From Cyanobium gracile PCC 6307 (GTDB lineage Bacteria; Cyanobacteriota; Cyanobacteriia; PCC-6307; Cyanobiaceae), in assembly GCF_000316515.1 (NCBI RefSeq), contig NC_019675.1, forward strand, positions 1,171,964 through 1,203,963: a DNA stretch of 32,000 nt. Reading direction: 5' to 3'. Positions 1 to 10,216 of the stretch are shown here, one piece after another; positions within the stretch are counted from its first letter, which is position 1, and the number at the start of each line of letters is the position of its first letter. The notes under the pieces were generated by a model. The model was not told where the DNA came from, did not search any database, and was given only the letters and a program-made list of their open reading frames with translations. Both the position numbers and the translations under genes were made by a program.

Positions 1-1
1 C

Positions 2-811
2 CTGAAGGCCAAGGCCGACACCAATGACAACTGCCGCTTCGGTCTGTACAACTGGACCGAACCCACCCTCCATTCCAGGCTCCATGAACTGATTGCCTGC
101 GCCGAGAGCCATGGCGTCCCCTGCGGCATCTCCTCCAATCTCAATTACGACTACGACTGGTCCCTGCTCAAGCCCCTGCGCCTGTGGAACTTCACGATCA
201 CGGTGTCGGGCTTTACCCAGCGCACCTACCAGATCAACCACAAGGGCGGCCGGATCGAACCGGTGCTCGCCAACCTGATCCGCATCTCCGAAACCCTCGG
301 CGACTGGGAATGCTTCCAGAACATCGACGTGCGCTATTTGGTTCACAAGCAGAACCTGCATGAAGTGCACCTGTTCAAGCACTTCTGCGACAAATTGGGG
401 ATAAAATTCAGCCCCTACCACGCCTATTACATGCCCATCGACAAGATGTTCGACGGGCTCGAAACGATTCCCCCGGAACTCGAGTACATCTATTACAGCC
501 CCCAGCTGGTGCAGCAGGCCATCGGTGACCACCGATCACAGAATTGCTTCATGCGCGAGTCCCAGGTCTGCCTCGACCACGAAGGCAACTTCTCGGTCTG
601 CTGCGTGCAGTCCCCCTCCGCCCCATCAATCGCCAACTATCTGGACACCCCCTACCAGGTGATGCAGGCCAAGCGCTATGGCAGCGAACTCTGCAAGAAG
701 TGCACCAGCACCGGCATCAACATCTTCGCCACCTATGGCATGCAGGAGCCGCCGGAGATCCAGCAATCGATCGAAAAACTTCTCCCCGTCGACCTGAAGG
801 ATTTTCGCTGA
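2..811 (+). CDS. Radical SAM enzyme with Cys-rich SPASM/twitch-like C-terminal domain (5' end outside window)
   Basis: The frame of the listed ORF 203..811 stays open back to nt 2 (67 further codons, no stop), so the gene is truncated by the window edge. The region FGLYNWTEPTLHSRLHELIACAESHGVPCGISSNL...ITVSGFTQRTYQINHKGGRIEPVLANL resembles the GGEPxL / TNG / SxDG core of radical-SAM barrels. The C-terminus has the pattern C-x8-C-x10-CC...C-x2-C (NCFMRESQVCLDHEGNFSVCC...CKKC). The CxxxCxxC cluster motif would lie upstream and is not visible. Stop TGA at 809-811. Confidence 0.5.
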   Translation: MKAKADTNDNCRFGLYNWTEPTLHSRLHELIACAESHGVPCGISSNLNYDYDWSLLKPLRLWNFTITVSGFTQRTYQINHKGGRIEPVLANLIRISETLGDWECFQNIDVRYLVHKQNLHEVHLFKHFCDKLGIKFSPYHAYYMPIDKMFDGLETIPPELEYIYYSPQLVQQAIGDHRSQNCFMRESQVCLDHEGNFSVCCVQSPSAPSIANYLDTPYQVMQAKRYGSELCKKCTSTGINIFATYGMQEPPEIQQSIEKLLPVDLKDFR

Positions 812-814
812 TCA

Positions 815-1960
815 GTGACATCCAATGATGCAGCCTCGCGCAGCGAGACCGACACGCCCGCCTACGACTATTTGATCGTCGGCTGCGGGCTGTTCGGTGC
901 CACCTTTGCCCGACTCGCCACCGATGCCGGAAAACGTTGTCTCATCGTCGAGCGCCGCCCCCACATCGGTGGCAATTGCTATACGGAGAAGCTGGAAGGC
1001 ATCAACGTCCATCGCTACGGCGCCCATATCTTTCACACCAGCAACAAGGCCGTCTGGGCCTTCGTCAATAGGTTTGCAGAATTCAATAACTATATCAACT
1101 CACCCAAGGCGATCTCCGGAGACAAGCTATATTCCCTACCCTTCAACATGAATACCTTCTACGAGCTCTGGCAGACGCGCACGCCCGAGGAAGCCCGGCA
1201 GAAGATCGCCTCCCAGCGCTTCACCGGCGAACCCACCAACCTGGAAGAGCAGGCCCTGTCACTGGTGGGGAAGGACATCTACGAGACCCTGATCCGCGAC
1301 TACACCCGCAAACAGTGGGGCAAGCATCCCCGTGAACTGCCCGCCTTCATCATCAAGCGGCTGCCGTTGCGCTTCACCTACGACAACAACTATTTCTCCG
1401 ACCGCTACCAGGGGATCCCGATCGGCGGTTACACGGCCCTGTTCGACGCCTTGCTGGAGGGCATCGAGGTCCGCCTCAACGTCGATTACTTCGCCGACCG
1501 CACCCCGTTGGGGCGCCTGGCCCGCAAGGTGGTCTATACCGGCTGCATCGACCAGTATTTCGACTATGGGCTGGGGAGGCTGGAGTACCGCTCGCTCGCG
1601 TTCGACAACGCCGTGGTGGAAACCGACAACTTCCAGGGCAATGCGGTGATCAACTACTGCGATACCCGCGAGCCCTTCACCCGCATCATCGAGCACAAGC
1701 ACTTCGAAGGCTCCAGCTCCCCCGTCACCGTGATCACCAAGGAGTACCCCCGGCCCTGCAACGGTGAGGCCATTCCCTACTACCCGGTCAACGATGCCCA
1801 CAACCAGGGGCTGTACCGGCGCTATCAGGAGCTCTCCCAGGGAACGGAGAACGTGATCTTCGGGGGCCGTCTCTCCGAATACAAGTACATGGACATGCAC
1901 GTGGTGATCGAATCGGCCATGAACCGGTTCCGCAGCGAGAGCCGTCAGGCGTCGGCCTGA
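815..1960 (+). CDS. glf: UDP-galactopyranose mutase
   Basis: Near-colinear with my recollection of E. coli Glf. Shared segments include [16 protein letters not shown] (FAD GxGxxG), [80 protein letters not shown] and [16 protein letters not shown] start at 815, 3 nt after the upstream stop. Confidence 0.95.
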   Translation: MTSNDAASRSETDTPAYDYLIVGCGLFGATFARLATDAGKRCLIVERRPHIGGNCYTEKLEGINVHRYGAHIFHTSNKAVWAFVNRFAEFNNYINSPKAISGDKLYSLPFNMNTFYELWQTRTPEEARQKIASQRFTGEPTNLEEQALSLVGKDIYETLIRDYTRKQWGKHPRELPAFIIKRLPLRFTYDNNYFSDRYQGIPIGGYTALFDALLEGIEVRLNVDYFADRTPLGRLARKVVYTGCIDQYFDYGLGRLEYRSLAFDNAVVETDNFQGNAVINYCDTREPFTRIIEHKHFEGSSSPVTVITKEYPRPCNGEAIPYYPVNDAHNQGLYRRYQELSQGTENVIFGGRLSEYKYMDMHVVIESAMNRFRSESRQASA

Positions 1961-3228
1961 ATCAGCCCGCCACCGAGCAGCACCTCGCCTCTGTAGGCCA
2001 CCGCCGCCTGCCCAGGAGCCACCGAGAACTGGGGCTCGGCGAAGTCGAGCCGGGCCCGGTGGGGCCGTCCGGCGGCGTGGTCGGCGGCCGTTTCGGGCAG
2101 GGGCGTCAGCAGGGCCCGCTCGGGCAGGCTGCGGTAGCGCACCTGCACCTCCACCTCGATCGGTCCGCTGGGCGGCGCGATCGACACCCAGTTGACGGCG
2201 CCGAGCACACAGGCCTGGCGTGTCGCCTCCCGCCGGGGCGCCACCACCACCCGGTTCATGGCCCCATCCAGCCGCACCACATGGAGGGGTTCGCTCCAGG
2301 CCACCCCCAGACCCTTGCGTTGGCCGATGGTGAAGTGCTCGATCCCGTCGTGCTGGCCGAGCACCGTGCCGTCCGCGAGAACAATCTCACCCTGTCGAGG
2401 CGCCAGGTAGGCATCCAGGAACGCCCGCATCGACCCATGGTGATCGGCCAGACAGAGGTCCTGGCTTTCGGGCTTGGCGGCGGTGCGCAGGCCGAGGCGT
2501 GCGGCCTCGGCGCGGGTGGCCTCCTTGGTGAGTTCACCGAGGGGGAAGACCAGCCGCCCCAGCACCGACTGGGGCAGGTCGTAGAGGAAGTAGCTCTGGT
2601 CCTTGTGGGCATCGAGGCCCCGCAGCAACTGGTGGCGGCCGTCCTGGGGGTCGTCCTGGCGCAGCCGGGCGTAGTGGCCCGTGGCGAGGCGGCCGATGTT
2701 GCGCTCCGCCTCGGCCCACTCCAGCATCGGGCCGAACTTCACCGCCCGGTTGCAGCGGGAGCAGGGCAGGGGGGTGAGGCCATCGCCGTAGCCCTCCACC
2801 AGGAAATCGACGATCTGCTCCTGGAACCGGGCCCGGGAATCGACCACATGGTGGGGAACCCCCAGCTGGTCACAGATGCCGGCCGCATCCACCAGACCCT
2901 CGGCGCAGCAGGCGCCCTTGCCACTCATCAGCCACAGGGTGAGGCCCTCGACCTCCCAGCCGGCCGCCACCAGCAGGGCGGCGGTCAGGGAACTGTCGAC
3001 GCCGCCGGAGAGGCCCACCGCCACGCGCCGTTCACCGGGCCAGTCGCCAAGCCGTCCCAGCACCTCGGCCACCTCGGGGCTGGCGGCGGGGGGCTGGGCG
3101 GTGGACGCAGGCGGAACTGAGACCGTGGCAGCGGAGGGGCTCAAGGATCCCGATGGGTGGAACGGGGGGACGCCTCCATCATGGGAGAGCACTGCTCGGG
3201 CCGCCGTGAACCTCGGGCCGATGCCCAC
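1945..3228 (-). CDS. mnmA: tRNA-specific 2-thiouridylase MnmA
   Basis: PP-loop [28 protein letters not shown] and [10 protein letters not shown]. The start is uncertain. The longest ORF starts at GTG 3228 and would overlap the divergent nnr start at 3221. An in-frame TTG at 3144 is a plausible shorter start. Confidence 0.88.
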   Translation of the reverse strand: MGIGPRFTAARAVLSHDGGVPPFHPSGSLSPSAATVSVPPASTAQPPAASPEVAEVLGRLGDWPGERRVAVGLSGGVDSSLTAALLVAAGWEVEGLTLWLMSGKGACCAEGLVDAAGICDQLGVPHHVVDSRARFQEQIVDFLVEGYGDGLTPLPCSRCNRAVKFGPMLEWAEAERNIGRLATGHYARLRQDDPQDGRHQLLRGLDAHKDQSYFLYDLPQSVLGRLVFPLGELTKEATRAEAARLGLRTAAKPESQDLCLADHHGSMRAFLDAYLAPRQGEIVLADGTVLGQHDGIEHFTIGQRKGLGVAWSEPLHVVRLDGAMNRVVVAPRREATRQACVLGAVNWVSIAPPSGPIEVEVQVRYRSLPERALLTPLPETAADHAAGRPHRARLDFAEPQFSVAPGQAAVAYRGEVLLGGGLIQADA

Positions 3229-4828
3229 CGCCTGGCCGACGGCGGATGCCGATCACCTTCTGGTGAGCGGCGCCGCCATGGCCGCCATCGAGCAGGAGCT
3301 GTTCGCCAGCGGACTGCCGGTGGAGGCCCTGATGGAGAAGGCCGCCCTGGCGGTGAGCCGCCGCCTGGCGGAACGGCCGTCTCGGGACCGGCAGGACGGC
3401 CTGCTGGTGCTGGTGGGACCGGGCCACAACGGCGGCGATGGGCTGGTGGTGGCCAGGGAATGGCACCTGGCCGGAGGCCGGGTGCGGATCTGGTGCCCCT
3501 TCGAGCGCCGCCGGCCTCTCACCGAGGCCCACCTGCGCCATGCCCGCTGGCTGGGCATTCCCCTGCTGGAGGCCCCGCCCGACCCGGAGGATCCAGCCCT
3601 CTGGGTGGATGCCCTGTTCGGCATCGGCCAGCACCGGCCGGCCGGACCGCTGATCGAAGCCCTGCTGGGGGACCGGCAGCGGCGGCGGCCCGGCGCCCTG
3701 GTGGCGATCGATGTCCCCACCGGCCTGGACGCCGATGACGGGGTGCTGCTCGGCGGGGTCGCCGCCACGGCCGCCACCACCTACACCATCGGCCTGATCA
3801 AGCGGGGCCTCGTCCAGGACACCGCCCTGCGCTGGGTGGGACGGCTGGAGCGGATCGACCTGGGACTGCCGGCCGCGCTCCTGGGCCAGCCCGGTGGCGA
3901 GCCACTGCTGGGCCTGGGGGCCGCCGACCCGTGCTCGGCCCCCTGGCCCGTGCCGGATCCAGCCGCCGGGAAGTACGCCCGCGGACGCCTGCTGGTTGTG
4001 GCCGGCAGCCACCGCTTCCGGGGGGCCGCCCACCTGGCCCTGGCCGGCGCCACGGCCTCCGGATGCGGCAGCCTCCGGGCCGCCCTCCCCCAGGAGATCA
4101 CCCCCCACCTCTGGCAGATCCACCCCCATGTGGTGCTGGAGCCCGGCCTGGGGGCCACCCCGGCCGGGGGGCTGGCGCTGGCGGATCTGGCCGCGGGCTG
4201 GCTGGATCGGCTGGATGCGGTGCTGCTGGGTCCCGGCCTGGGCGGAGTCGGTCTCGCCGGTGCACCACCAGCGGCGGGGATCGACGCCCCGGAGCGGCAG
4301 TGCTGGCAGGATCTGGCCGACTTCGCCGGCCTGCTGGTGCTCGATGCCGATGGCCTCAATCGCCTGGCGGCCATGGGCAGCGACTGGCTGGGGACCCGCC
4401 AGGGGCCCACCTGGATCACCCCCCACGCGGAGGAGTTCCGCAGGCTCTTCCCCGACCTGGCTCCGCTGCCCCGGCCCGAGGCGGCGGGGGCGGCGGCCCG
4501 CCGCACGGGCGCCAGCGTGCTGCTCAAGGGGGCCCGCAGCGTCGTGGCGGCCCCGGATGGGCGCCGCTGGCAGCTGCTGGTGGCCTGCCCGGAGGCGGCC
4601 AGGGCCGGACTCGGGGATGTGCTCGCCGGCTACGCGGCGGGGCGGGGGGCCCTGGCCATGGCCGCCATGGGGCAGGCGGGAACGCCAGGGGCCGATGCCG
4701 TCTGGCTGGCAGCCGCCGCCCTCGACCATGCCCTGGCCGGCGTCCGGACCCATCGCCGGCACGGGCCCGGAGGCGTGACCCCCCTCGCGGTGGCCGAGGC
4801 CCTGGAACATCCGGAGCCAATGAAATAG
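3221..4828 (+). CDS. nnr: Bifunctional NAD(P)H-hydrate repair enzyme (epimerase / ADP-dependent dehydratase)
   Basis: YjeF-N motif [16 protein letters not shown]. The C-terminal carbohydrate-kinase-like half has [20 protein letters not shown] and [11 protein letters not shown] 3221 chosen because the upstream part of ORF 2876..4828 is antisense to mnmA and low-complexity. Confidence 0.85.
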   Translation: MPTAWPTADADHLLVSGAAMAAIEQELFASGLPVEALMEKAALAVSRRLAERPSRDRQDGLLVLVGPGHNGGDGLVVAREWHLAGGRVRIWCPFERRRPLTEAHLRHARWLGIPLLEAPPDPEDPALWVDALFGIGQHRPAGPLIEALLGDRQRRRPGALVAIDVPTGLDADDGVLLGGVAATAATTYTIGLIKRGLVQDTALRWVGRLERIDLGLPAALLGQPGGEPLLGLGAADPCSAPWPVPDPAAGKYARGRLLVVAGSHRFRGAAHLALAGATASGCGSLRAALPQEITPHLWQIHPHVVLEPGLGATPAGGLALADLAAGWLDRLDAVLLGPGLGGVGLAGAPPAAGIDAPERQCWQDLADFAGLLVLDADGLNRLAAMGSDWLGTRQGPTWITPHAEEFRRLFPDLAPLPRPEAAGAAARRTGASVLLKGARSVVAAPDGRRWQLLVACPEAARAGLGDVLAGYAAGRGALAMAAMGQAGTPGADAVWLAAAALDHALAGVRTHRRHGPGGVTPLAVAEALEHPEPMK

Positions 4829-5050
4829 GGCGGAGCGGCCACTTCCCCATCGGGAGACTCTGATGGACTCCTCAGACCGGCAACAGAAGAATTAGCCCTT
4901 TGCTCATCCAATCAAAGCCTATTGCTAAAGAAGTCCGATTGTGTGCGGGTTCACATCTCATTCCTTAAAAGTTGTTCCAGACACTTTCTGCCCCTGCCGG
5001 TGGGTGGATAATCCGTTGACACTTTCGAAGGCGCCATTACGCCCCCTCCT

Positions 5051-5983
5051 ATGACCGTCTCCGCCATTGCGACGAGAAGGGAGGGCTCCACCCGCAGAGG
5101 GAGTGATTCCATCACGTGGTACCTCACCTCCATCGGCAGAGAGCCTCTGTTGACCCCGGCCGAGGAGATCGAGCTCGGCAACCAGGTGCAGGCGATGATG
5201 CACCTGGTGGAAGAATCAAAAACCGGATACTCCGTCCAGGAGAACAAGACGATCAAGGTCGGCCGCCGCTCCAAGGAGCGCATGATGCGGGCCAATCTTC
5301 GGCTCGTGGTGAGCGTGGCCAAGAAGTATCAGGGCAAGGGGCTCGAACTGCTCGATCTGATCCAGGAAGGTTCCCTCGGCCTCGAGCGTGCCGTCGAAAA
5401 GTTCGACCCCACCCGGGGCTACAAGTTCTCCACCTATGCCTTCTGGTGGATCCGCCAGAGCATGACCCGTGCCATCGCCTGCCAGTCCCGGGCCATCCGC
5501 CTGCCTGTTCACCTCAGTGAACGGTTGACGACCGTGCGCAAGGTGAGCCTCGAGCTGGCCCACAAGCTCGGCGCCATGCCCAGCCGCCGTGAGATCTCCG
5601 AAGCCATGGCCATCCCCGTCGAGGAGCTTGACTCCCTGCTGCGCCAGGCCCTCACCATCTCCAGCCTGGATGCCCCCATCCATGCGGAGGACGGCCGCAG
5701 CTTCCTGGGGGACCTGATCGCCGATGGGTCCGCCGAGGAGCCGCTGGATCGCATCGAGCGGGGCATGCACCAGGAGCAGCTGGCCGAGCTCATGGGCCAC
5801 CTCTCCGCCCAGGAGAAGGAGGTGCTGGCCCTCCGCTTCGGCCTCGACGGCATGGAGCGCCACACCCTGGCCGAGATCGGCCGGCAGCTGGATGTCTCCA
5901 GGGAGCGGGTGCGGCAGATTGAACTCAAGGCCCTGCGCAAACTGCGCAGCCTCTCGACCCGGTCCGCCGTTCCCCTGGCCTGA
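5051..5983 (+). CDS. Group-2 (RpoD-family) sigma-70 factor
   Basis: Region 1.2 has YLTSIGREPLLTPAEEIELG. Region 2 has NLRLVVSVAKKYQGKGLELLDLIQEGSLGLERAVEKFDPTRGYKFSTYAFWWIRQSMTRAI. Region 4.2 has TLAEIGRQLDVSRERVRQIELKALRKLR. At 310 aa there is no long region 1.1, which fits a cyanobacterial group-2 sigma rather than the primary SigA. Confidence 0.9.
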   Translation: MTVSAIATRREGSTRRGSDSITWYLTSIGREPLLTPAEEIELGNQVQAMMHLVEESKTGYSVQENKTIKVGRRSKERMMRANLRLVVSVAKKYQGKGLELLDLIQEGSLGLERAVEKFDPTRGYKFSTYAFWWIRQSMTRAIACQSRAIRLPVHLSERLTTVRKVSLELAHKLGAMPSRREISEAMAIPVEELDSLLRQALTISSLDAPIHAEDGRSFLGDLIADGSAEEPLDRIERGMHQEQLAELMGHLSAQEKEVLALRFGLDGMERHTLAEIGRQLDVSRERVRQIELKALRKLRSLSTRSAVPLA

Positions 5984-5995
5984 TCGGCCGGCTCC

Positions 5996-6889
5996 TCAGC
6001 CCCGGCCGCCTCCGGCCAGAAGCCGTTTCAACCACCCCTTTGCCTGGAGCCCGGCGATCTTCAGTCGGCTCTCGCCTTTGAGGCCGCGATCGCGGCGGAT
6101 CTGGATCGGAGCGTCGCCGACCCTCTCCCAGTCCGGCAGCCAGCAATTGTCGGTGCGGGGAAACCAGAATTCGAACACGGATGTTGTCGAGATGGGCAGC
6201 AACTTACCCAGGATCGAGTAGATCGACTGATCATGGCGGTGCTCCTGGAACCCCTCCAGATTGGGAGAACGGGAGGGGCGGTCGTCGATCATCGAGAAAT
6301 CCTCACTGAACACCCTGATCCAGTGCCGCATGAAGTCCATGGCGGCGGGGCACTTGCGCACGAAGAAAGTGGTGGCCCCCAGCTGCTGGCTGCCGGTGAT
6401 CTCGGGCCTATCCCGCACCGCCAGCCGGTCGAGCAGATCACCCTTGGTCCACTTGGCCTCCCCCTGATCGGGAAACTGACGGCCCTCGTAGATGAGGGAA
6501 CCATTGGGGGGAAGACATTCGAAACCCTGCAGGCCGGAAGGGGCCTCCGCAGCCATCGCAAAGAACTCCAGCAGGCGCTGCCTTCCCGCAGGGTTGAGGT
6601 GACAGCCGGAATCGATCCAGTGCACCAGATCGCCGTCCTGCAGACGCTGGAGGGTCTGAAGAACGATCTGGGGCTTCCAGGCGTAGTAGCCAAAACCCCG
6701 GTGCTCCGGCGTCAGATAATCCTTGAACTGCTGGCGAAACGCAGGATCGAGATCGAACTCCGAGGCACTTACGATATCTGTGTACACGCCCATATCCTTC
6801 GCCTGACGACATAAGCGGCGCCGGGCCACTTTCATGCGGTGATCCGAGAAAGTGACGAGGACGCGTTTGGTCATCAGACCCGTTGCCAT
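5996..6889 (-). CDS. Conserved-looking hypothetical protein, function unknown
   Basis: 297-aa ORF with balanced, non-shadow amino-acid composition (FGYYAWKPQIVLQTL, GDLVHWIDSGCHLNP, EHRHDQSIYSIL). It sits in a lower-GC patch (31/60 G+C in line 6181-6240). Alternative start at the second Met (6874). I do not recognise the family. Confidence 0.7.
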   Translation of the reverse strand: MATGLMTKRVLVTFSDHRMKVARRRLCRQAKDMGVYTDIVSASEFDLDPAFRQQFKDYLTPEHRGFGYYAWKPQIVLQTLQRLQDGDLVHWIDSGCHLNPAGRQRLLEFFAMAAEAPSGLQGFECLPPNGSLIYEGRQFPDQGEAKWTKGDLLDRLAVRDRPEITGSQQLGATTFFVRKCPAAMDFMRHWIRVFSEDFSMIDDRPSRSPNLEGFQEHRHDQSIYSILGKLLPISTTSVFEFWFPRTDNCWLPDWERVGDAPIQIRRDRGLKGESRLKIAGLQAKGWLKRLLAGGGRG

Positions 6890-6905
6890 TCCGGCAATTT
6901 TAGTG

Positions 6906-6914
6906 ATTCTAACA
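6906..6914 (-). promoter_or_regulatory. Candidate extended -10 promoter element (TGTTAGAAT) for the 5996-6889 gene
   Basis: The minus strand reads TGTTAGAAT and lies 16 nt upstream of ATG 6889. No convincing -35 element. The leader would be very short unless Met 6874 is the true start. Confidence 0.25.
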
Positions 6915-7027
6915 TCGACTCAAGAAAAGACCGATTCCCGCGAAGAAATCAGGCCCAATTCCAATGGCCCCAGCGCCCGCCAAGCGACTCCAGCACCGCC
7001 CGGCCTGCCAGGAACTGTCGCGTCAGT

Positions 7028-8137
7028 TCAGTCGTCGGCCCAGATGTAACGGGTGAGTTCACTGCCATCGGGCTCCGGTGCCGCGAGGGCGAACTCGACG
7101 CAATCAGCGACTACGGCATCAATCTCCCTGTCGATCTCCTTGAGTTCCTCGGCCGTGGCCAGACCCTGCTCCATCAGTCGGACCGCCAGCTGCTTGATCG
7201 GATCACGCTTGGCCCAGAACTCCTTCTCCGCCGCTTCGCGGAGTTCGTCGGGATCCGCCAGGGAATGGCCGCGGAAGCGGTAGGTGAGGCATTCCAGCAG
7301 GGTGGGACCCTCTCCAGCCCTGGCCCGGGCGATCGCCCGCTGGGCCGCCGCCCGCACGGCCAGCACATCCATGCCATCGACCTCCTCGCCAACCATGCCG
7401 AAGCCGGCCGCCTTGCGCCAGATCTCCGGCTCGCTGGTGGCCCGGTTGTGGTCCATGCCGATGGCCCAGCGGTTGTTTTCGACCACGAACAGGATCGGCA
7501 GCTTCCACAGCGCCGCCATGTTGAGGCATTCGTAGAACTGGCCGATGTTGCAGGTGCCGTCTCCGAAGAAGGCCGCCGTGACCGCATCGCTGTCGGCCTG
7601 GCCGAGGGCCTCCCGCTTGTAGCGGCTGGTGAAGGCCGCCCCCAGGGCCACCGGGATGCCCTCGCCGATGAACGCATAGCCGCCAAGGAGATGGTGCTCC
7701 CGGGAGAAGAGGTGCATCGAGCCGCCCCGCCCCTTGCTGCAGCCGGTGGCCTTGCCGAACAGTTCACTCATCACCTCCCGGGCCGGCACACCACAGCTCA
7801 GGGCGTGGACATGGTCGCGGTAGGTGCTGCAGAACCAGTCGTGCTGGAGACGCATCGCCCGGATCACCCCGGTGGAGACAGCCTCCTGACCGTTGTACAG
7901 ATGCACGAAGCCGAACATCTTGCCGCGGTAGTACATCTCAGCGCACTTGTCCTCGAAGCGGCGCCCCAGCGTCATGTCGCGGTAGAGCATCAGGCCCTCG
8001 TCCCGGCTGACACTGGCCCGCTCGGCCGGGTACAGGCCCTCGAGCCGCACCGCATGGCTGCCCGCCTCCTCGGACGACGAGCTTGCCCCGACGGTGCCGG
8101 GCTGCGCTGCCCGCGCCGCGGTCAGTTCCTGAGTCAT
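7028..8137 (-). CDS. pdhA: Pyruvate dehydrogenase E1 component, alpha subunit
   Basis: [34 protein letters not shown] and the TPP-binding segment [39 protein letters not shown] 8137 (MTQELTAA...) is preferred over the longest ORF start at 8206. Confidence 0.9.
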   Translation of the reverse strand: MTQELTAARAAQPGTVGASSSSEEAGSHAVRLEGLYPAERASVSRDEGLMLYRDMTLGRRFEDKCAEMYYRGKMFGFVHLYNGQEAVSTGVIRAMRLQHDWFCSTYRDHVHALSCGVPAREVMSELFGKATGCSKGRGGSMHLFSREHHLLGGYAFIGEGIPVALGAAFTSRYKREALGQADSDAVTAAFFGDGTCNIGQFYECLNMAALWKLPILFVVENNRWAIGMDHNRATSEPEIWRKAAGFGMVGEEVDGMDVLAVRAAAQRAIARARAGEGPTLLECLTYRFRGHSLADPDELREAAEKEFWAKRDPIKQLAVRLMEQGLATAEELKEIDREIDAVVADCVEFALAAPEPDGSELTRYIWADD

Positions 8138-8245
8138 GGCAGGACGGCGATGCGATTCGTGGCCACGACTGTACGGGGTCCGTTCCCTGATGACAGTCAA
8201 AACCACTGCCTCTGACTACAGTCGCGCCCCAGCGGCCTCATCGGA

Positions 8246-10216
8246 TTGGACCTGCCGATCGATCACTTCCGGTTGCTGGGTGTCTCTCCCTCCGCCGACG
8301 CCCAGGGGGTCCTGCGCACGCTTCAGTCGCGGCTGGACCGGGTGCCCCACGGAGGGTTCACCCAGGAAACGCTGCAGGCGCGGGCCGACCTGCTCCGCGC
8401 CAGTGCCGACCTGCTCTGCGACCACGATCGACGCGCCGCCTACGAAGCGGAACTGACGGGCCTGGCCGACACCGGAGGCTCCCTGCAGCCGGCCCTGGAG
8501 ATCGCCACCACCCGCCAGGTGGGGGGTCTGCTGCTGCTGATGGAGGGGGGCCAGCCCCTGGAGACGTTCGAGCTGGCCAGCCGCTGCCTGCAGCTGCCCC
8601 AGGCCCCCACCCTCGGCAGTGGCCGCGAAACCGATCTGACGCTTCTGGCGGGACTGTCCTGCCTGGAGGCCGCCCGGGAGCTGGAGGAGCAGCGTCGTTT
8701 TGAAGCCGCCGCCCGCACCCTGCGGCAGGGGCTGCAGCTGCTGCAGCGCCTCGGCCGGCAGCCCGAGCTCAGGGAAACCATGAACGCCCGGCTGGAGCGG
8801 CTCACCCCCTACCGGGTGCTCGATCTGCTCAGCCGGGATCTCGCCGCCGGCGCCGAACGGCGGGAGGGGCTGGCGCTGCTGGAGCAGCTGGTGCAGCGGC
8901 GCGGGGGCCTCGAGGGGGACGGCGATCCCCATTTCCCCCGCGAGGACTTCCAGACCTTCTTCCACCAGATCCGCTCCTTCCTCACCGTTCAGGAACAGGT
9001 GGATCTGTTCAGCCGCTGGGCCGCCAGCGGCTCCGAGGCGGCCGACTTCCTGGCCACCATCGCCCTGACCGCCTCCGGCTTCGCCCAGCGCAAGCCCGAA
9101 CGCATCGCCGACGCCCGGAGCCGTCTGCAGCGCAGCGGACGGGAGGGCGTCGAGCCCCTGCTCGCCAACCTGCACCTGCTGCTGGGGGAGGCCGACACGG
9201 CGCGGGCCTGCTTCGACAGCGGCGCCAGCCAGGAGCTCAAAGCCTGGGCGGCCGGCAAGAGTGACGATCCCCTCGGTCAGCTCTGCGCCTACTGCAGTGA
9301 CTGGCTGGTGCGGGACGTGCTGCCCGGCTACCGGGACCTAGAAGCCGAACCGGATCTGGTGGCCTATTTCAGTGACCGGGACGTGGTGGCCTACGTGGAG
9401 CGGGAGGACCAGCGGCGGGGCCGCGCCTACCTCTCGGCACCGGCGGCGCCGGCCGCGGCGGCCCCACCCCCGTTCCCGAGCTTCGAGACCCCTGGTTTTC
9501 CTGCCGCAGAGTCCTTCGCTCCCGGCGCCTCGGCCCTGGAGGGCTTCGCCTCCCTGCCGCCGACAGGCCCCGGGACGGATCTTGAGGACGAGCGGGATCT
9601 CGATGACGAGGTGCCCCTGCGCTGGCCCGTTCCCCCCCGGCCCTGGCTGCTGGCGGGCGGCGCCGCCCTGCTGCTGCTCCTGGCCGGCGCCTGGGTGCTG
9701 CGGCAGCGCCAGAGCGCTCCGCCGCCGCCCCAGCCGCCGGCTCCGCTGCCAGCTCCGGCCGCCAGGCCCCCGGCCGCGCCGACTCCCACCCCCGTGCCGG
9801 CGGGCGGCCCGAGCCTGGAGCCCCTCACCAGCCCCCGACCCGATGCGGCCCAGGTCCGCCGGCTGCTGGAGGACTGGCTGACGATCAAAGCTGATGTGCT
9901 GGCCGGTGAGCCCATTCCCCAGGGCCTGGATCGCATTGCCCGGGAAGGGCCGGTGGAGCTGCTCACAAGGGAGCGCCGCAGTGATGCGGCCCGGGGCCAG
10001 ACCCAGCGTCTGGACGTGCGGATCACCGACCTGACCCTCTCCGAGAGCGGGCCCCGCCGCATCGTCGCCGTCGCCCGGCTCCGCTACAGCGACCGGCGCC
10101 TCGATGAAAACGGCAAGGTGGTGGAGAGCACGGCGCCCATGGAGCTGCGCAATGGTTATGTATTCGGGCGCGACGGCGATAGCTGGCGCCTGGTGGCCAC
10201 CCAATCCCTCAACTGA
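8246..10216 (+). CDS. zipN: Cell-division protein ZipN/Ftn2 (ARC6 homologue)
   Basis: N-terminal J-like domain DHFRLLGVSPSADAQGV...AAYEAEL with no HPD tripeptide. A long Pro/Ala-rich linker is followed by one TM helix (PWLLAGGAALLLLLAGAWVL) and an ARC6-type C-terminal domain (VRRLLEDWLTIKADVLAG...RLDVRITDL...YVFGRDGDSWRLV). TTG start. The stop overlaps the ffh ATG by 1 nt (TGATG). Confidence 0.8.
   Translation: MDLPIDHFRLLGVSPSADAQGVLRTLQSRLDRVPHGGFTQETLQARADLLRASADLLCDHDRRAAYEAELTGLADTGGSLQPALEIATTRQVGGLLLLMEGGQPLETFELASRCLQLPQAPTLGSGRETDLTLLAGLSCLEAARELEEQRRFEAAARTLRQGLQLLQRLGRQPELRETMNARLERLTPYRVLDLLSRDLAAGAERREGLALLEQLVQRRGGLEGDGDPHFPREDFQTFFHQIRSFLTVQEQVDLFSRWAASGSEAADFLATIALTASGFAQRKPERIADARSRLQRSGREGVEPLLANLHLLLGEADTARACFDSGASQELKAWAAGKSDDPLGQLCAYCSDWLVRDVLPGYRDLEAEPDLVAYFSDRDVVAYVEREDQRRGRAYLSAPAAPAAAAPPPFPSFETPGFPAAESFAPGASALEGFASLPPTGPGTDLEDERDLDDEVPLRWPVPPRPWLLAGGAALLLLLAGAWVLRQRQSAPPPPQPPAPLPAPAARPPAAPTPTPVPAGGPSLEPLTSPRPDAAQVRRLLEDWLTIKADVLAGEPIPQGLDRIAREGPVELLTRERRSDAARGQTQRLDVRITDLTLSESGPRRIVAVARLRYSDRRLDENGKVVESTAPMELRNGYVFGRDGDSWRLVATQSLN

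Noticed and set aside
4867-4877. ACTCCTCAGAC downstream of nnr, which is one mismatch from the conserved single-stranded Yfr1 sRNA motif ACUCCUCACAC as I recall it.
   Set aside because: There are no convincing flanking stem-loops, only a 5-bp stem with a wobble pair upstream. There is no terminator hairpin or U-tract downstream. An 11-mer with one mismatch is not enough on its own.
5016-5021. TTGACA hexamer 30 nt upstream of the sigma-factor ATG, considered as a -35 box.
   Set aside because: No acceptable -10 hexamer lies at 16-18 nt spacing, and the resulting leader would be essentially absent. The real promoter is probably further upstream in the 222-bp intergenic region, but I cannot place it.
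8167-8223. GACTGT (8167) / ACAGTC (8193) inverted hexamers plus a second ACAGTC (8218) in the pdhA-zipN divergent intergenic region, considered as an operator.
   Set aside because: These are only 6-bp matches with irregular spacing, which is chance-level without comparative support.
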